Part shown: positions 35,327 through 43,125 of the stretch, piece by piece
Numbering within the stretch: the stretch's first letter is position 1
Layout of the letters: each line of letters begins with the position of its first letter
Source of the DNA: an uncultured Thermodesulfobacteriota bacterium
Lineage (GTDB): Bacteria; Desulfobacterota; B13-G15; RBG-16-54-18
Direction: 5' to 3'
NCBI GenBank assembly: GCA_964565525.1
Contig: CAZMFG010000001.1
Coordinates: 1 to 48,220, forward strand
Length of the DNA stretch: 48,220 nt
The notes under the pieces: generated by a model
The model's database searches: none
The model's input: the letters and a program-made list of their open reading frames with translations, nothing else
Told to the model about the DNA's origin: nothing
Program-made: the position numbers and the translations under genes

Positions 35327-36241
35327 ATGTCAAAGCTGACACGCAGAGAGTGGCTGAAGCTGACCATGGCCGGCGCCGGGGCGGCCCTAGCCCCCTGGCC
35401 GTGGAGGACGTTTGCCTCTGCCGCAACCGCACCCCCTCCCGACCTAGTCATCTCTCACGGGACATCACCTGCCCTGATCACGGAGGCGGCCCTACAGGCC
35501 CTGGGCGGCATGAACCAATTCGTCTCCCGCGGGGATGTGGTCTTGGTGAAGCCAAACATCGCGTGGGACCGCACCCCTGAGCAGGCCGCCACCACCAATC
35601 CGGAGGTGGTGGCAACGCTGGTGCGTGTATGCCTCACGGCCGGTGCCAAGGAGGTGAAGGTCTTCGACTACCCCTGCGAGGATGCCCGCCGCAGCTATGT
35701 GCGCAGCGGGATCATGGAGGCGGCCAAAGGGGCGGGAGCAAAGGTCAGCTATGTCGACGAGAGACGGTTCCGCAAGATGGACCTCAAGGGGGAGGCCCTC
35801 CAGGACTGGGAGGTCTATAAGGAGGCGGTAGAAGTAGATAAGATAATCAACTGTCCCATCCTCAAGCACCACAGCCTGGCCCGGCTCACCATGGGGATGA
35901 AGAACCTCATGGGTCTGATCGGCGGCGACCGTTCGCGGCTCCACTGGCACCTCGATCAGGCCATCGTGGATCTCGCCGCCTTCTTCAAGCCGACCTTGGT
36001 CGTCCTGGATGCAGTGAGGATATTGACGGCCAACGGTCCACAGGGGGGGAGCCCGAAGTATGTCAAACAGCTCAATACCGTGGCGGCAGGGGTGGATCAG
36101 GTGGCCGTCGACGCCATGGGGGCAAAGCTCTTCGGCCTGCCGCCCGAGGAAATGGAGCACCTCCGCATCGCCTCCAAGCGGGGCCTGGGGCGCATGGACC
36201 TGGGGAAGCTGAGGATTAAGGAGGTCCAGACCAATTCCTAA
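35327..36241 (+). CDS. Tat-signal DUF362 domain protein
   Basis: 304 aa. Twin-arginine leader MSKLTRREWLKLTMAGAGAALAPWPW..ASA. The body (VLVKPNIAWDR...PEVV..L...KHH..A..T...KNLMG...DR...H) matches my memory of DUF362. Confidence 0.7.
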   Translation: MSKLTRREWLKLTMAGAGAALAPWPWRTFASAATAPPPDLVISHGTSPALITEAALQALGGMNQFVSRGDVVLVKPNIAWDRTPEQAATTNPEVVATLVRVCLTAGAKEVKVFDYPCEDARRSYVRSGIMEAAKGAGAKVSYVDERRFRKMDLKGEALQDWEVYKEAVEVDKIINCPILKHHSLARLTMGMKNLMGLIGGDRSRLHWHLDQAIVDLAAFFKPTLVVLDAVRILTANGPQGGSPKYVKQLNTVAAGVDQVAVDAMGAKLFGLPPEEMEHLRIASKRGLGRMDLGKLRIKEVQTNS

Positions 36242-36455
36242 GGCTAAAGGTAAGCGGCAATCCTCCCCCTTTCCATGGTGGCGGCTGAGACGCATCAGTC
36301 AGTGGTCCTTCCTGGCGCTCTTTCTCTGCCTCTTCATCCTGACGGCCTACAAGGGGACGGATGAGATCGCCTATCCCGTCCGTATCTTCCTGCACTTTGA
36401 TCCCTTAATCCTCATCACGACCTTCCTCTCATCCCATGGTATTCCCCTAGCCCTC

Positions 36456-37817
36456 TTGTTATCCCTTATCACGGTCTCCTTCACCCTCGTCTTCGGCAGG
36501 GTTTTCTGCGGGTGGGTCTGCCCCCTGGGGACGTTGAACGACTTCATGGGCCGCCTCACCCCCAAGGAACGGAGAAAAAAGCACCTGGGGGATCGGGCAC
36601 GCAGGCTCAAGTACTACGGCCTCATTGTCATCCTCGTCAGCTCCCTCTTCACCCTGCAGATAGCCGGGCTGGCGGACCCCATCTCGCTGCTGATCCGCTC
36701 CCTGGCCGTGGCCGCAGAGCCCGCCGTGAACCTGATGACCCATACCGTCTTCGACCTCCTCTACCGCGCCGATATCCCCGTGGTCACCGCAATCTCCGAG
36801 GCCATCTATGCCGTTCTCAAAAAATATATCTTGGCCTTTCATCAACCCTTCTTCTATCAGGGGATCTTTATCGGCCTCATCTTCGCAGCTATCCTCCTCG
36901 CCAACCTCTATCGGCGCCGTTTCTGGTGTAACGCCCTCTGTCCCCTCGGGGCCCTGCTGGGGCTCATTACCCAGATCAGCCCCTTCAAGAGGGTCGTAGG
37001 AAAGGGCTGCACTTCCTGCAACCTCTGTGTGCGGGAGTGCCGCACCGGCGCGGCAGCGGACGTGAAAGGGAAGTGGCAAAAGACGGAGTGTGTGATGTGC
37101 GGCGAGTGTCAGGAGGACTGCCCCGAGGATGCGGTGAGGTTCGGTTTTCTCCCCGCCAAGGCGGGAAAGGTTACAGGGGTCGATCTGGGGCGGCGCGGGG
37201 TGATCGCCTCCCTGGTCACCGGGATCTTTATCGTCCCTCTTATGCGAACCAACCCCCTCACGCAACGACGAACGGGGCGGCTGATCCGCCCCCCCGGCGC
37301 CCTGCCGGAGGATGAATTCCTGCGCCGATGCGTGCGCTGCGGTGAGTGCATGAAGGTCTGCCTCACCAACGGACTCCAACCCGCCCTCTTCGAGGCAGGA
37401 CTGGAGGGGATCTGGACCCCCCGCTTCGACTTCCACAGCGGCTACTGCCAATACTACTGCACCCTCTGCGGTCAGGTATGCCCCACCGGCGCCCTCAGGG
37501 AGCTCTCCCAGGAGGAGAAGGCCGGCACCAAGATCGGTCTCGCCTATATCGACAAGAACCGCTGTATCCCCTATGCACAGGGGGTCGAGTGTCTGGTGTG
37601 CGAGGAGCACTGCCCCACGCCGGACAAGGCCATCAAGTTCGAGCAGGTAGAGACAATGACCCCCCGGGGGAGAAAACTGATCAGACGTCCGGTGATAGAC
37701 CTCAAGCTTTGCATCGGCTGCGGGATCTGCGAATACAAGTGCCCGCTGCACGACCAGCCCGCCATCATCTGCACCCGCCTCGGAGAATCCAGGGCGGACG
37801 AGCTGCTGCCTTTTTAA
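36456..37817 (+). CDS. Membrane-bound polyferredoxin, NapH/MauN/CcoG-like, about six [4Fe-4S]-type motifs
   Basis: Two CxxxCP membrane-domain motifs (CGWVCPLG, CNALCPLG). Six ferredoxin-type cysteine clusters (CTSCNLCVREC, CVMCGECQEDCP, CVRCGECMKVC, CTLCGQVCP, CLVCEEHCP, CIGCGICEYKCP). The coordinates follow the track (TTG start), but the frame is open and protein-like back to 36213 (see finding). Confidence 0.85.
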   Translation: MLSLITVSFTLVFGRVFCGWVCPLGTLNDFMGRLTPKERRKKHLGDRARRLKYYGLIVILVSSLFTLQIAGLADPISLLIRSLAVAAEPAVNLMTHTVFDLLYRADIPVVTAISEAIYAVLKKYILAFHQPFFYQGIFIGLIFAAILLANLYRRRFWCNALCPLGALLGLITQISPFKRVVGKGCTSCNLCVRECRTGAAADVKGKWQKTECVMCGECQEDCPEDAVRFGFLPAKAGKVTGVDLGRRGVIASLVTGIFIVPLMRTNPLTQRRTGRLIRPPGALPEDEFLRRCVRCGECMKVCLTNGLQPALFEAGLEGIWTPRFDFHSGYCQYYCTLCGQVCPTGALRELSQEEKAGTKIGLAYIDKNRCIPYAQGVECLVCEEHCPTPDKAIKFEQVETMTPRGRKLIRRPVIDLKLCIGCGICEYKCPLHDQPAIICTRLGESRADELLPF

Positions 37818-37858
37818 CCCTGAATATTCAATAAAGGCCCTTGTTCTGCCGAAATAGC

Positions 37859-37941
37859 GAGGGGCTTTCCCCTCATCTTCCTCTGTAGAGGAAGCACCCA
37901 TGCGGCAACCCTCCCCCTGAAAGATTAAAAAAATTTAATCT
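37859..37941 (+). other. Three consecutive perfect stem-loops downstream of the polyferredoxin gene (the first may act as a terminator)
   Basis: GAGGGG-cttt-CCCCTC (37859..37874). CTTCCTC-tgta-GAGGAAG (37877..37894). AGATTAAA-aaaa-TTTAATCT (37922..37941). None is followed by a clear T-tract. Confidence 0.55.
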
Positions 37942-38005
37942 CCCGTTAATGGGCCTTTAATCTTCATCGAGTATACTAGTGTTCAAAAGAGAGGCGAGGA
38001 AGCGG

Positions 38006-38266
38006 ATGTATTTCAAGTTGGTGATGGAAGGGGGTCATGTCGGGGCGGGGAAGAGTTATGAGATGGTGCGGTATTTTCAGGGCAACGATATCTTCGCCAT
38101 CCTCGCCGGGACCCGTTCTATCCCTCGCTTGAAGAAAAAGAGGTTCGGTGGGGGCATCAAGCTCATCAAGGAGATCTCCTGGGGAGAATATCTCACCGGC
38201 AAAGGGAGAGAGAAAAGAGATCCTTATCTCAACCCAAGCGCTCCTTCTGCCATGGTCCCCGCGTGA
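38006..38266 (+). CDS. Small hypothetical protein (86 aa from the ATG; the track starts it at GTG 37979)
   Basis: MYFKLVMEGGHVGAGKSYEMVRYFQGNDIFAILAGTRSIPRLKKKRFGGGIKLIKEISWGEY... GAGGAAG lies 3-4 nt upstream of the ATG at 38006. No family recognised. It sits between the two copies of the polyferredoxin 3' end. Confidence 0.45.
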   Translation: MYFKLVMEGGHVGAGKSYEMVRYFQGNDIFAILAGTRSIPRLKKKRFGGGIKLIKEISWGEYLTGKGREKRDPYLNPSAPSAMVPA

Positions 38267-38387
38267 CAGATATCATCAGGTTCTTTGCGTAAAACCACCC
38301 GTCCTACTGGCGTGAGAGGAGATGTCCTTAGATTCTAGGTTTGGCTTATGAGGCCTTAAAATCTAAGGGCGCCCCTCACGTCGGACC

Positions 38388-38469
38388 GACCAGCCGCCAT
38401 CATCTGCTCCCGCTTCGGAGAATCACAGCCAGAGGAACTGCTACCTGTTAAACCCCCAATAGTTAGTAA
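38388..38469 (+). pseudogene. Relic copy of the 3' end of a polyferredoxin gene (frameshifted)
   Basis: Aligns with 37752..37834. It reads ..AIICSRFGESQPEELLP against the true ..AIICTRLGESRADELLPF-stop. About 65 of 82 aligned positions are identical by hand, with one 1-nt gap (gaccagcc-gcc) that breaks the frame. Weaker similarity extends upstream to about 38365. Confidence 0.55.
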
Positions 38470-38783
38470 TCCAAGTGCCGTCCATCAGCACGAAGAAGGG
38501 AAAAACCTTTTCTCCCTTTCTCTTTTTCCTTTCCCCATCGGCTAGCTGTGAGGTCCCAGCCCCATCGTGGAGAGGGTGGGGGTGAGGAAGATATGACTAT
38601 GACTTGCCCCCACATCTTCATCCCCTCCAGAGGAGAGGTATGTGCTTATTGTTTAAGTAATGTATTTAACCATTAGGAATTTTCGGCCAAGCTTTTTTTC
38701 GACCCTCTCTCCATCTTGCCCAAATCTAACCGCCCGCAATACTTAAACTTTTTAAATTTTTGTCAAATTTTTTAAAATTCCTC

Positions 38784-38850
38784 TTGACAAATAAACTTAA
38801 CATGTACTATATGTTGTGGTACAGAATTTGGACAATACAATATATTATGT
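38784..38850 (+). promoter_or_regulatory. nrdD promoter candidate with two NrdR-box-like sites
   Basis: An A/T-rich UP-like tract lies upstream. TTGACA (38784..38789) and a -10-like TACTATAT (38805..38812). Box 1 GTACTATATGTTGTGG (38804..38819) and box 2 ATACAATATATTATGT (38835..38850) match the 16-bp NrdR palindrome acaCwAtATaTwGtgt at about 11 and about 13 positions. The box starts are 31 bp apart (three helical turns), the usual tandem arrangement. Confidence 0.5.
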
Positions 38851-38923
38851 AATTAAACAATTAAATCACATGTCATTCAACCACTAAATCATAGAAACCA
38901 ACAAGGGGAAGGGGTGGGAAATC

Positions 38924-41071
38924 ATGATTTCGGTCATTGATATCAGAGAGAGAAAACTGGATAACGCCCTCGGTGATACCACCGATATGGCCCTGTTCGT
39001 GCGCACCTCCGAGGAGAGCTTGCAAGGATGGGACCGTCAGCGGATCGTCGATGCCCTGATGCGGGAGACCTATATCGACCCCGATACCGCAGAGGCCGTC
39101 AGCCAGGAGGTGGAGGATATCATCAGGAAGAGCGACATCAGCATGGTGACCGCCCCCCTCATCAGGGAACTGGTGGATGCCAAGCTCATCGAGCGGGGCA
39201 TGGAAGAGACCCGCAAGCAGCATACCCGGCTCGGTATGCCGCTGTATGACGTCAATCAACTGATCATGCACCCCAACAAGGAGAACGCCAACGTCCCCCA
39301 CGGCCCCGAGGCCACCAACCTGACCTTGGCCGAGACCATCAAAAAGGAGTACGCCCTCCTGCATGTCTTCTCCGAGGAGGTGGCCGACGCCCACATGCGC
39401 GGGGATATCCATCTGCACGACCTGGGGTTCATCGACCGTCCCTATTGCAGCGGTCAGTCCCTGGAATATATCAAGAAGTTCGGGCTCAACCTCCCCAACT
39501 CCCTCTCCATGGCCAAGCCCGCCAAGCATCCGGAGGTGCTGTTGGCCCATATGGTGAAATTCGCCGCGGGCCTCCAGAGCCATTTCGCCGGTGCCATTGG
39601 GTGGGATGCGATCAACCTCTTCTTCGCCCCCTACCTCGTGGGGATGGGGGATAGGGAGGTCAAGCAACTGGCCCAGATGCTCATCTTTGAGTTCTCGCAG
39701 CAGGCCGTGGCCCGCGGGGGACAGGCCATCTTCACCGACATCAACCTCTACTGGGAGATCCCCAAGCATTTTAGAGACGTCCCGGCCATCGGGCCCAATG
39801 GGGAGTTCACCGGCAAGACCTATAAAGATTATCTGCAGGAGGCCCAGCGCTTCGTGTGGGCCCTCTTCGACGTCTACCAGGAAGGGGACGGAGCAGGGCG
39901 CCCCTTCTTCTTCCCCAAACCCCTGGTCCACATCACCGAGGACTTCTTCAGGGCACCGGGTCACGAGCGATTCCTCAACCATATCTGTGCCATCGCCTCG
40001 GAAAAGGGCAATACGTACTTTGTCTTCGACCGGGGGGAGACTGCCAAGATATCTGAGTGCTGCAGGCTGAGTTTTAAGCTTGAGGCCTCGGACCTGGAGG
40101 ACGCCAAGCAGCCGTGGAAGATGCGCTACAGCGCCCTGCAGAATGTCACCCTCAACCTCCCCCGTATCGGGTATATATCAGAGGGTGACGACACCAAACT
40201 CTTTGAGAAGGTCTCCCATTTCATGGAGCTGGCTGTCAGAGCCCACCTGGAGAAGAAGAGCTTCTTAGAACGGCTCCTCTCCCTGGGGGACGAGGGCCCC
40301 CTGGCCCTGCTGACCATGAACCAAGACGGGGAGTCGTATCTCCGGATGCACCGGGCCACCTACCTTATCGGCATGGTGGGGCTCAATGAGATGGTAAAGG
40401 CCCACACCGGCCAGGAGATGCACGAATCCAAGGAGGCCTTTAAATTCGGTTTACAGGTGATCGCTCAGATGAAGCTCCTGGCCGACAAGATGAGCAAGCG
40501 GTTCGGGATGCGATTCGTCTTGGAACAGACGCCGGCGGAGAGTACCGCCTATCGGTTCGCCAAGCTGGATATGCGGTTTCACTCCCCCCAAGCCGGTCAC
40601 ATCATCAAGGGTGACATCGCCCGCGGGGAAGTCTATTACACCAATTCCACCTATCTGAGCGGTGACGCCGTAATGAACCCCATCGAACGGGTAAGACAGG
40701 AGGGACTCTTTCATCCCCTTATCGATGCCGGCTCCCTCACCCATATCTGGCTGGGGGAATCAAGGCCCTCACCGGAGTCATTGGCCAACTTCGTGACCAA
40801 GACGTTTCAGCTGACCCAGAACGACCAGATCGCCTTTTCACCGGAGTTCACCACGTGCAACAATTGTGCGCGCACAGCCAGGGGCCTAATGGACCAGTGC
40901 CCTTACTGCGGCTCCGGTGATGTGGATGGTATCACCCGCATCACCGGCTACTTCACCAAGATCTCCAGTTGGAACAAGGGGAAGCTGGGGGAATTGCGGG
41001 ACAGGTATCGCAATGAGGCCTTTATCAAAAAGAGGCCGGATGGTGATAAGCAGGACCAGATTACCGTGTGA
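38924..41071 (+). CDS. nrdD: Anaerobic (class III) ribonucleoside-triphosphate reductase
   Basis: 715 aa. N-terminal ATP-cone-like segment (WDRQRIVDALMRETYIDPDTAEAVSQEVE). C-terminal zinc site CNNCARTARGLMDQCPYCG and glycyl-radical motif TRITGYFTKISSWNKGK. Confidence 0.95.
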   Translation: MISVIDIRERKLDNALGDTTDMALFVRTSEESLQGWDRQRIVDALMRETYIDPDTAEAVSQEVEDIIRKSDISMVTAPLIRELVDAKLIERGMEETRKQHTRLGMPLYDVNQLIMHPNKENANVPHGPEATNLTLAETIKKEYALLHVFSEEVADAHMRGDIHLHDLGFIDRPYCSGQSLEYIKKFGLNLPNSLSMAKPAKHPEVLLAHMVKFAAGLQSHFAGAIGWDAINLFFAPYLVGMGDREVKQLAQMLIFEFSQQAVARGGQAIFTDINLYWEIPKHFRDVPAIGPNGEFTGKTYKDYLQEAQRFVWALFDVYQEGDGAGRPFFFPKPLVHITEDFFRAPGHERFLNHICAIASEKGNTYFVFDRGETAKISECCRLSFKLEASDLEDAKQPWKMRYSALQNVTLNLPRIGYISEGDDTKLFEKVSHFMELAVRAHLEKKSFLERLLSLGDEGPLALLTMNQDGESYLRMHRATYLIGMVGLNEMVKAHTGQEMHESKEAFKFGLQVIAQMKLLADKMSKRFGMRFVLEQTPAESTAYRFAKLDMRFHSPQAGHIIKGDIARGEVYYTNSTYLSGDAVMNPIERVRQEGLFHPLIDAGSLTHIWLGESRPSPESLANFVTKTFQLTQNDQIAFSPEFTTCNNCARTARGLMDQCPYCGSGDVDGITRITGYFTKISSWNKGKLGELRDRYRNEAFIKKRPDGDKQDQITV

Positions 41072-41089
41072 TGAGGAGGTTATGTAAGA

Positions 41090-41350
41090 ATGGGCTCAAT
41101 CAAGATCTTTACCAAAAACGAGTGCCCCAAGTGCCCCGCGGCTAAGGAGATTGGCGGCATCCTGCAACAGGAGGGTCTCCCGGTCACCTTTTATGACCTT
41201 GAGACCCCTGATGGCCTCGCCGAGGGCGCCTTTTACAGCGTGCTGTCTACCCCCACTATCATCATCGAAGATGAGCATGAAAAAATTCTCGCGGGGTGGC
41301 GGGGATCGGTTCCCACCCTGCAAGAGATCGAGGGATTGATTAGGGCATGA
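41090..41350 (+). CDS. Small thioredoxin/glutaredoxin-fold protein (CPKC active site)
   Basis: 86 aa. KIFTKNECPKCPAAKEI ... VLSTPTIIIEDE (cis-Pro region). Located between nrdD and nrdG, overlapping the nrdG start by ATGA. Confidence 0.75.
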   Translation: MGSIKIFTKNECPKCPAAKEIGGILQQEGLPVTFYDLETPDGLAEGAFYSVLSTPTIIIEDEHEKILAGWRGSVPTLQEIEGLIRA

Positions 41351-42105
41351 TGGAAGCGATAACACACGCAGGCGTATCGCTACCGCAAGAAGGAACCCGG
41401 CGGCAAGGCGTTCAGGAAACCATCAGCATCAGGGGCTTCCTGGAGACCTCCTTTGTGGATTGGCCCGGCAAGGTGGCCTCGATGCTCTTTTTGCCGGGGT
41501 GCAACTTTCGGTGCCCCTTCTGTCACAACCACCAACTGGTCTTAGATCCAGGAGGCCTTGAGGATATCCCCCGCGCGCATATCATGGCCCGCCTGGCCGA
41601 GCTGAAGGGGTGGGTGGATGGTGTGTGCATTTCCGGGGGGGAGCCTACCATCCACCCCCACCTTCCCTCCCTCATGGTCGAGATCAAAAGTGCCGGGTTG
41701 CTCGTCAAGCTCGATACCAACGGAAGCCGCCCCGAGATACTGCGGTCTCTGCTGGAAAGAGGCCTGCTAGACTGCGTGGCCATGGACGTCAAGGCCCCCC
41801 TCGACGAGGTGAAATATGCCAGGGCAGCGGGAGTGCCCGTGGACCTGGAGAAGATACGCGAGAGCATCTGTTTACTGAAAAAAGGAAAGGTTGACTATCA
41901 CTTCAGAACTACTATTGTCCCAGCCCTCCACAAGGAGGAGGACCTGCTCCACATAGCCCGCCACCTGAGCGGGTCCTCCTCCTTGACCCTCCAAAACTTC
42001 AACCCGGAGGACCCGCTTGATCCCACATTGAAGGGGACCTCCCCGTACACCGAAGAGTGGCTACAGGAGATGAGGGAACGAATCGCCTCGATCCTCCATC
42101 ACTAA
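41347..42105 (+). CDS. nrdG: Anaerobic ribonucleotide reductase activating protein (radical SAM)
   Basis: 252 aa. FVDWPGKVASMLFLPGCNFRCPFCHN (CxxxCxxC), GVCISGGEPT and KLDTNG. Confidence 0.9.
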   Translation: MMEAITHAGVSLPQEGTRRQGVQETISIRGFLETSFVDWPGKVASMLFLPGCNFRCPFCHNHQLVLDPGGLEDIPRAHIMARLAELKGWVDGVCISGGEPTIHPHLPSLMVEIKSAGLLVKLDTNGSRPEILRSLLERGLLDCVAMDVKAPLDEVKYARAAGVPVDLEKIRESICLLKKGKVDYHFRTTIVPALHKEEDLLHIARHLSGSSSLTLQNFNPEDPLDPTLKGTSPYTEEWLQEMRERIASILHH

Positions 42106-42122
42106 GATCCGCACGAAGTACC

Positions 42123-42151
42123 TTGCCATTTGCCCTCAATATTATTATAGT
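42123..42151 (+). promoter_or_regulatory. Sigma-70-type promoter candidate upstream of PPC-hsp20-lon
   Basis: TTGCCA (42123..42128), 17 nt, TATAGT (42146..42151). Confidence 0.35.
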
Positions 42152-42188
42152 ATACTAAAATCGGCATAGAGTCCACAGAATACTTCAG

Positions 42189-42632
42189 GTGCACGTAAGG
42201 GATACCTATCTCATCAGATTGCCCCAGGGAAAGGACCTGGCGGAGGCTGTGACGCAAGAGTGTCGGCACAGGGGGATACAGATGGGGGTTGTGTCGGTGA
42301 TCGGGGCGGTACAGGGGGCTACCATCGGATACTACGATCAAAGTGAGAGGGTCTATCGGAGCAGACATATCGACGGTGGCTTGGAGATCGCCTCTTGTCA
42401 CGGGAACATCACTCTCAAGGACAGCGCTGTCATGGTCCACGCCCACATCATCCTCGCCGACGCTGAAGGTAACACCTATGGAGGGCACCTTATGTCTCCG
42501 ACCACCCTGTTCGCCGGAGAGGCCCATATACAGGAACTGGAAGGGAAACCCCTGGAGCGGGAATACGATGGGACGACCGGTCTCTTTCTGTGGCGGGAAG
42601 AGGACGATACGGAGGTCGGCACCGAGGGGTAA
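42189..42632 (+). CDS. PPC (DUF296) domain protein
   Basis: 147 aa. YLIRLPQGKDLAEAVTQECRHRGIQMGVVSVIGAVQGATIGYYD...EIASCHGNITLKD...VHAHIILADAEGNTYGGHL matches the PPC/DUF296 pattern. GTG start without a clear RBS, so the start is uncertain. Confidence 0.65.
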   Translation: MHVRDTYLIRLPQGKDLAEAVTQECRHRGIQMGVVSVIGAVQGATIGYYDQSERVYRSRHIDGGLEIASCHGNITLKDSAVMVHAHIILADAEGNTYGGHLMSPTTLFAGEAHIQELEGKPLEREYDGTTGLFLWREEDDTEVGTEG

Positions 42633-42665
42633 GCACCATCGAAACCAGAGGAGGAAAACGCACAC

Positions 42666-43115
42666 ATGTTCAAAGAAGCAGACGAACTTTTTGAGAGATT
42701 GAGAAACGTACATCTCCAGGCGGAACGGCATTTCTTTTCGCTGTTGGTCCCCAGCAAAGTCCATCCCACGGCAGAGGGTAAGTGGCAACCCCTGGCCGAT
42801 GTCTACGAGACGGATGCGGCCTGGGTGATCAAACTGGAGCTTGCCGGAGTGCGCAAGGGGGATTTCTCCGTCACCGCCAACGAGGGGATCGTGACCATCA
42901 AAGGGACCAGGAGAGATGAGTTCGAGGGGGAGTGGCGCACCTATCATCAGGCCGAGATCAACTACCATGAGTTCGAGCGCAGCTTTCCCCTGCCGAAAGG
43001 AACCGATACAGGAGATATCTCTGCCCTGTACAAAAATGGTCTCCTGACCATCACCATCACGAAGCGCTCCACCCCTCCCCGCGAGCGAAAAACAATAACC
43101 ATTACCATTACCTAA
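42666..43115 (+). CDS. Hsp20/alpha-crystallin family small heat-shock protein
   Basis: 149 aa. PLADVYETDAAWVIKLELAGVRKGDFSVTANEGIVTIKGTRRDE...FERSFPLPKGTDTGDISALYKNGLLTITITK. GAGGAGG RBS. Confidence 0.9.
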   Translation: MFKEADELFERLRNVHLQAERHFFSLLVPSKVHPTAEGKWQPLADVYETDAAWVIKLELAGVRKGDFSVTANEGIVTIKGTRRDEFEGEWRTYHQAEINYHEFERSFPLPKGTDTGDISALYKNGLLTITITKRSTPPRERKTITITIT

Positions 43116-43125
43116 CGGTGAACCA

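Noticed and set aside
36459-37901. 480-aa minus-strand ORF antisense to the polyferredoxin gene. Similar long antisense ORFs occur at 2202..3488, 14759..15799, 35492..36295, 38873..39982, 42102..43238, 43369..44343 and 44404..45162.
   Set aside because: Each lies exactly opposite a gene with strong, recognisable motifs. Their translations are Gly/Arg/Pro/Asp-rich low-complexity sequence with no motifs. 42102..43238 even spans two genes plus their spacer. This is the typical stop-poor shadow frame of GC3-rich coding DNA.
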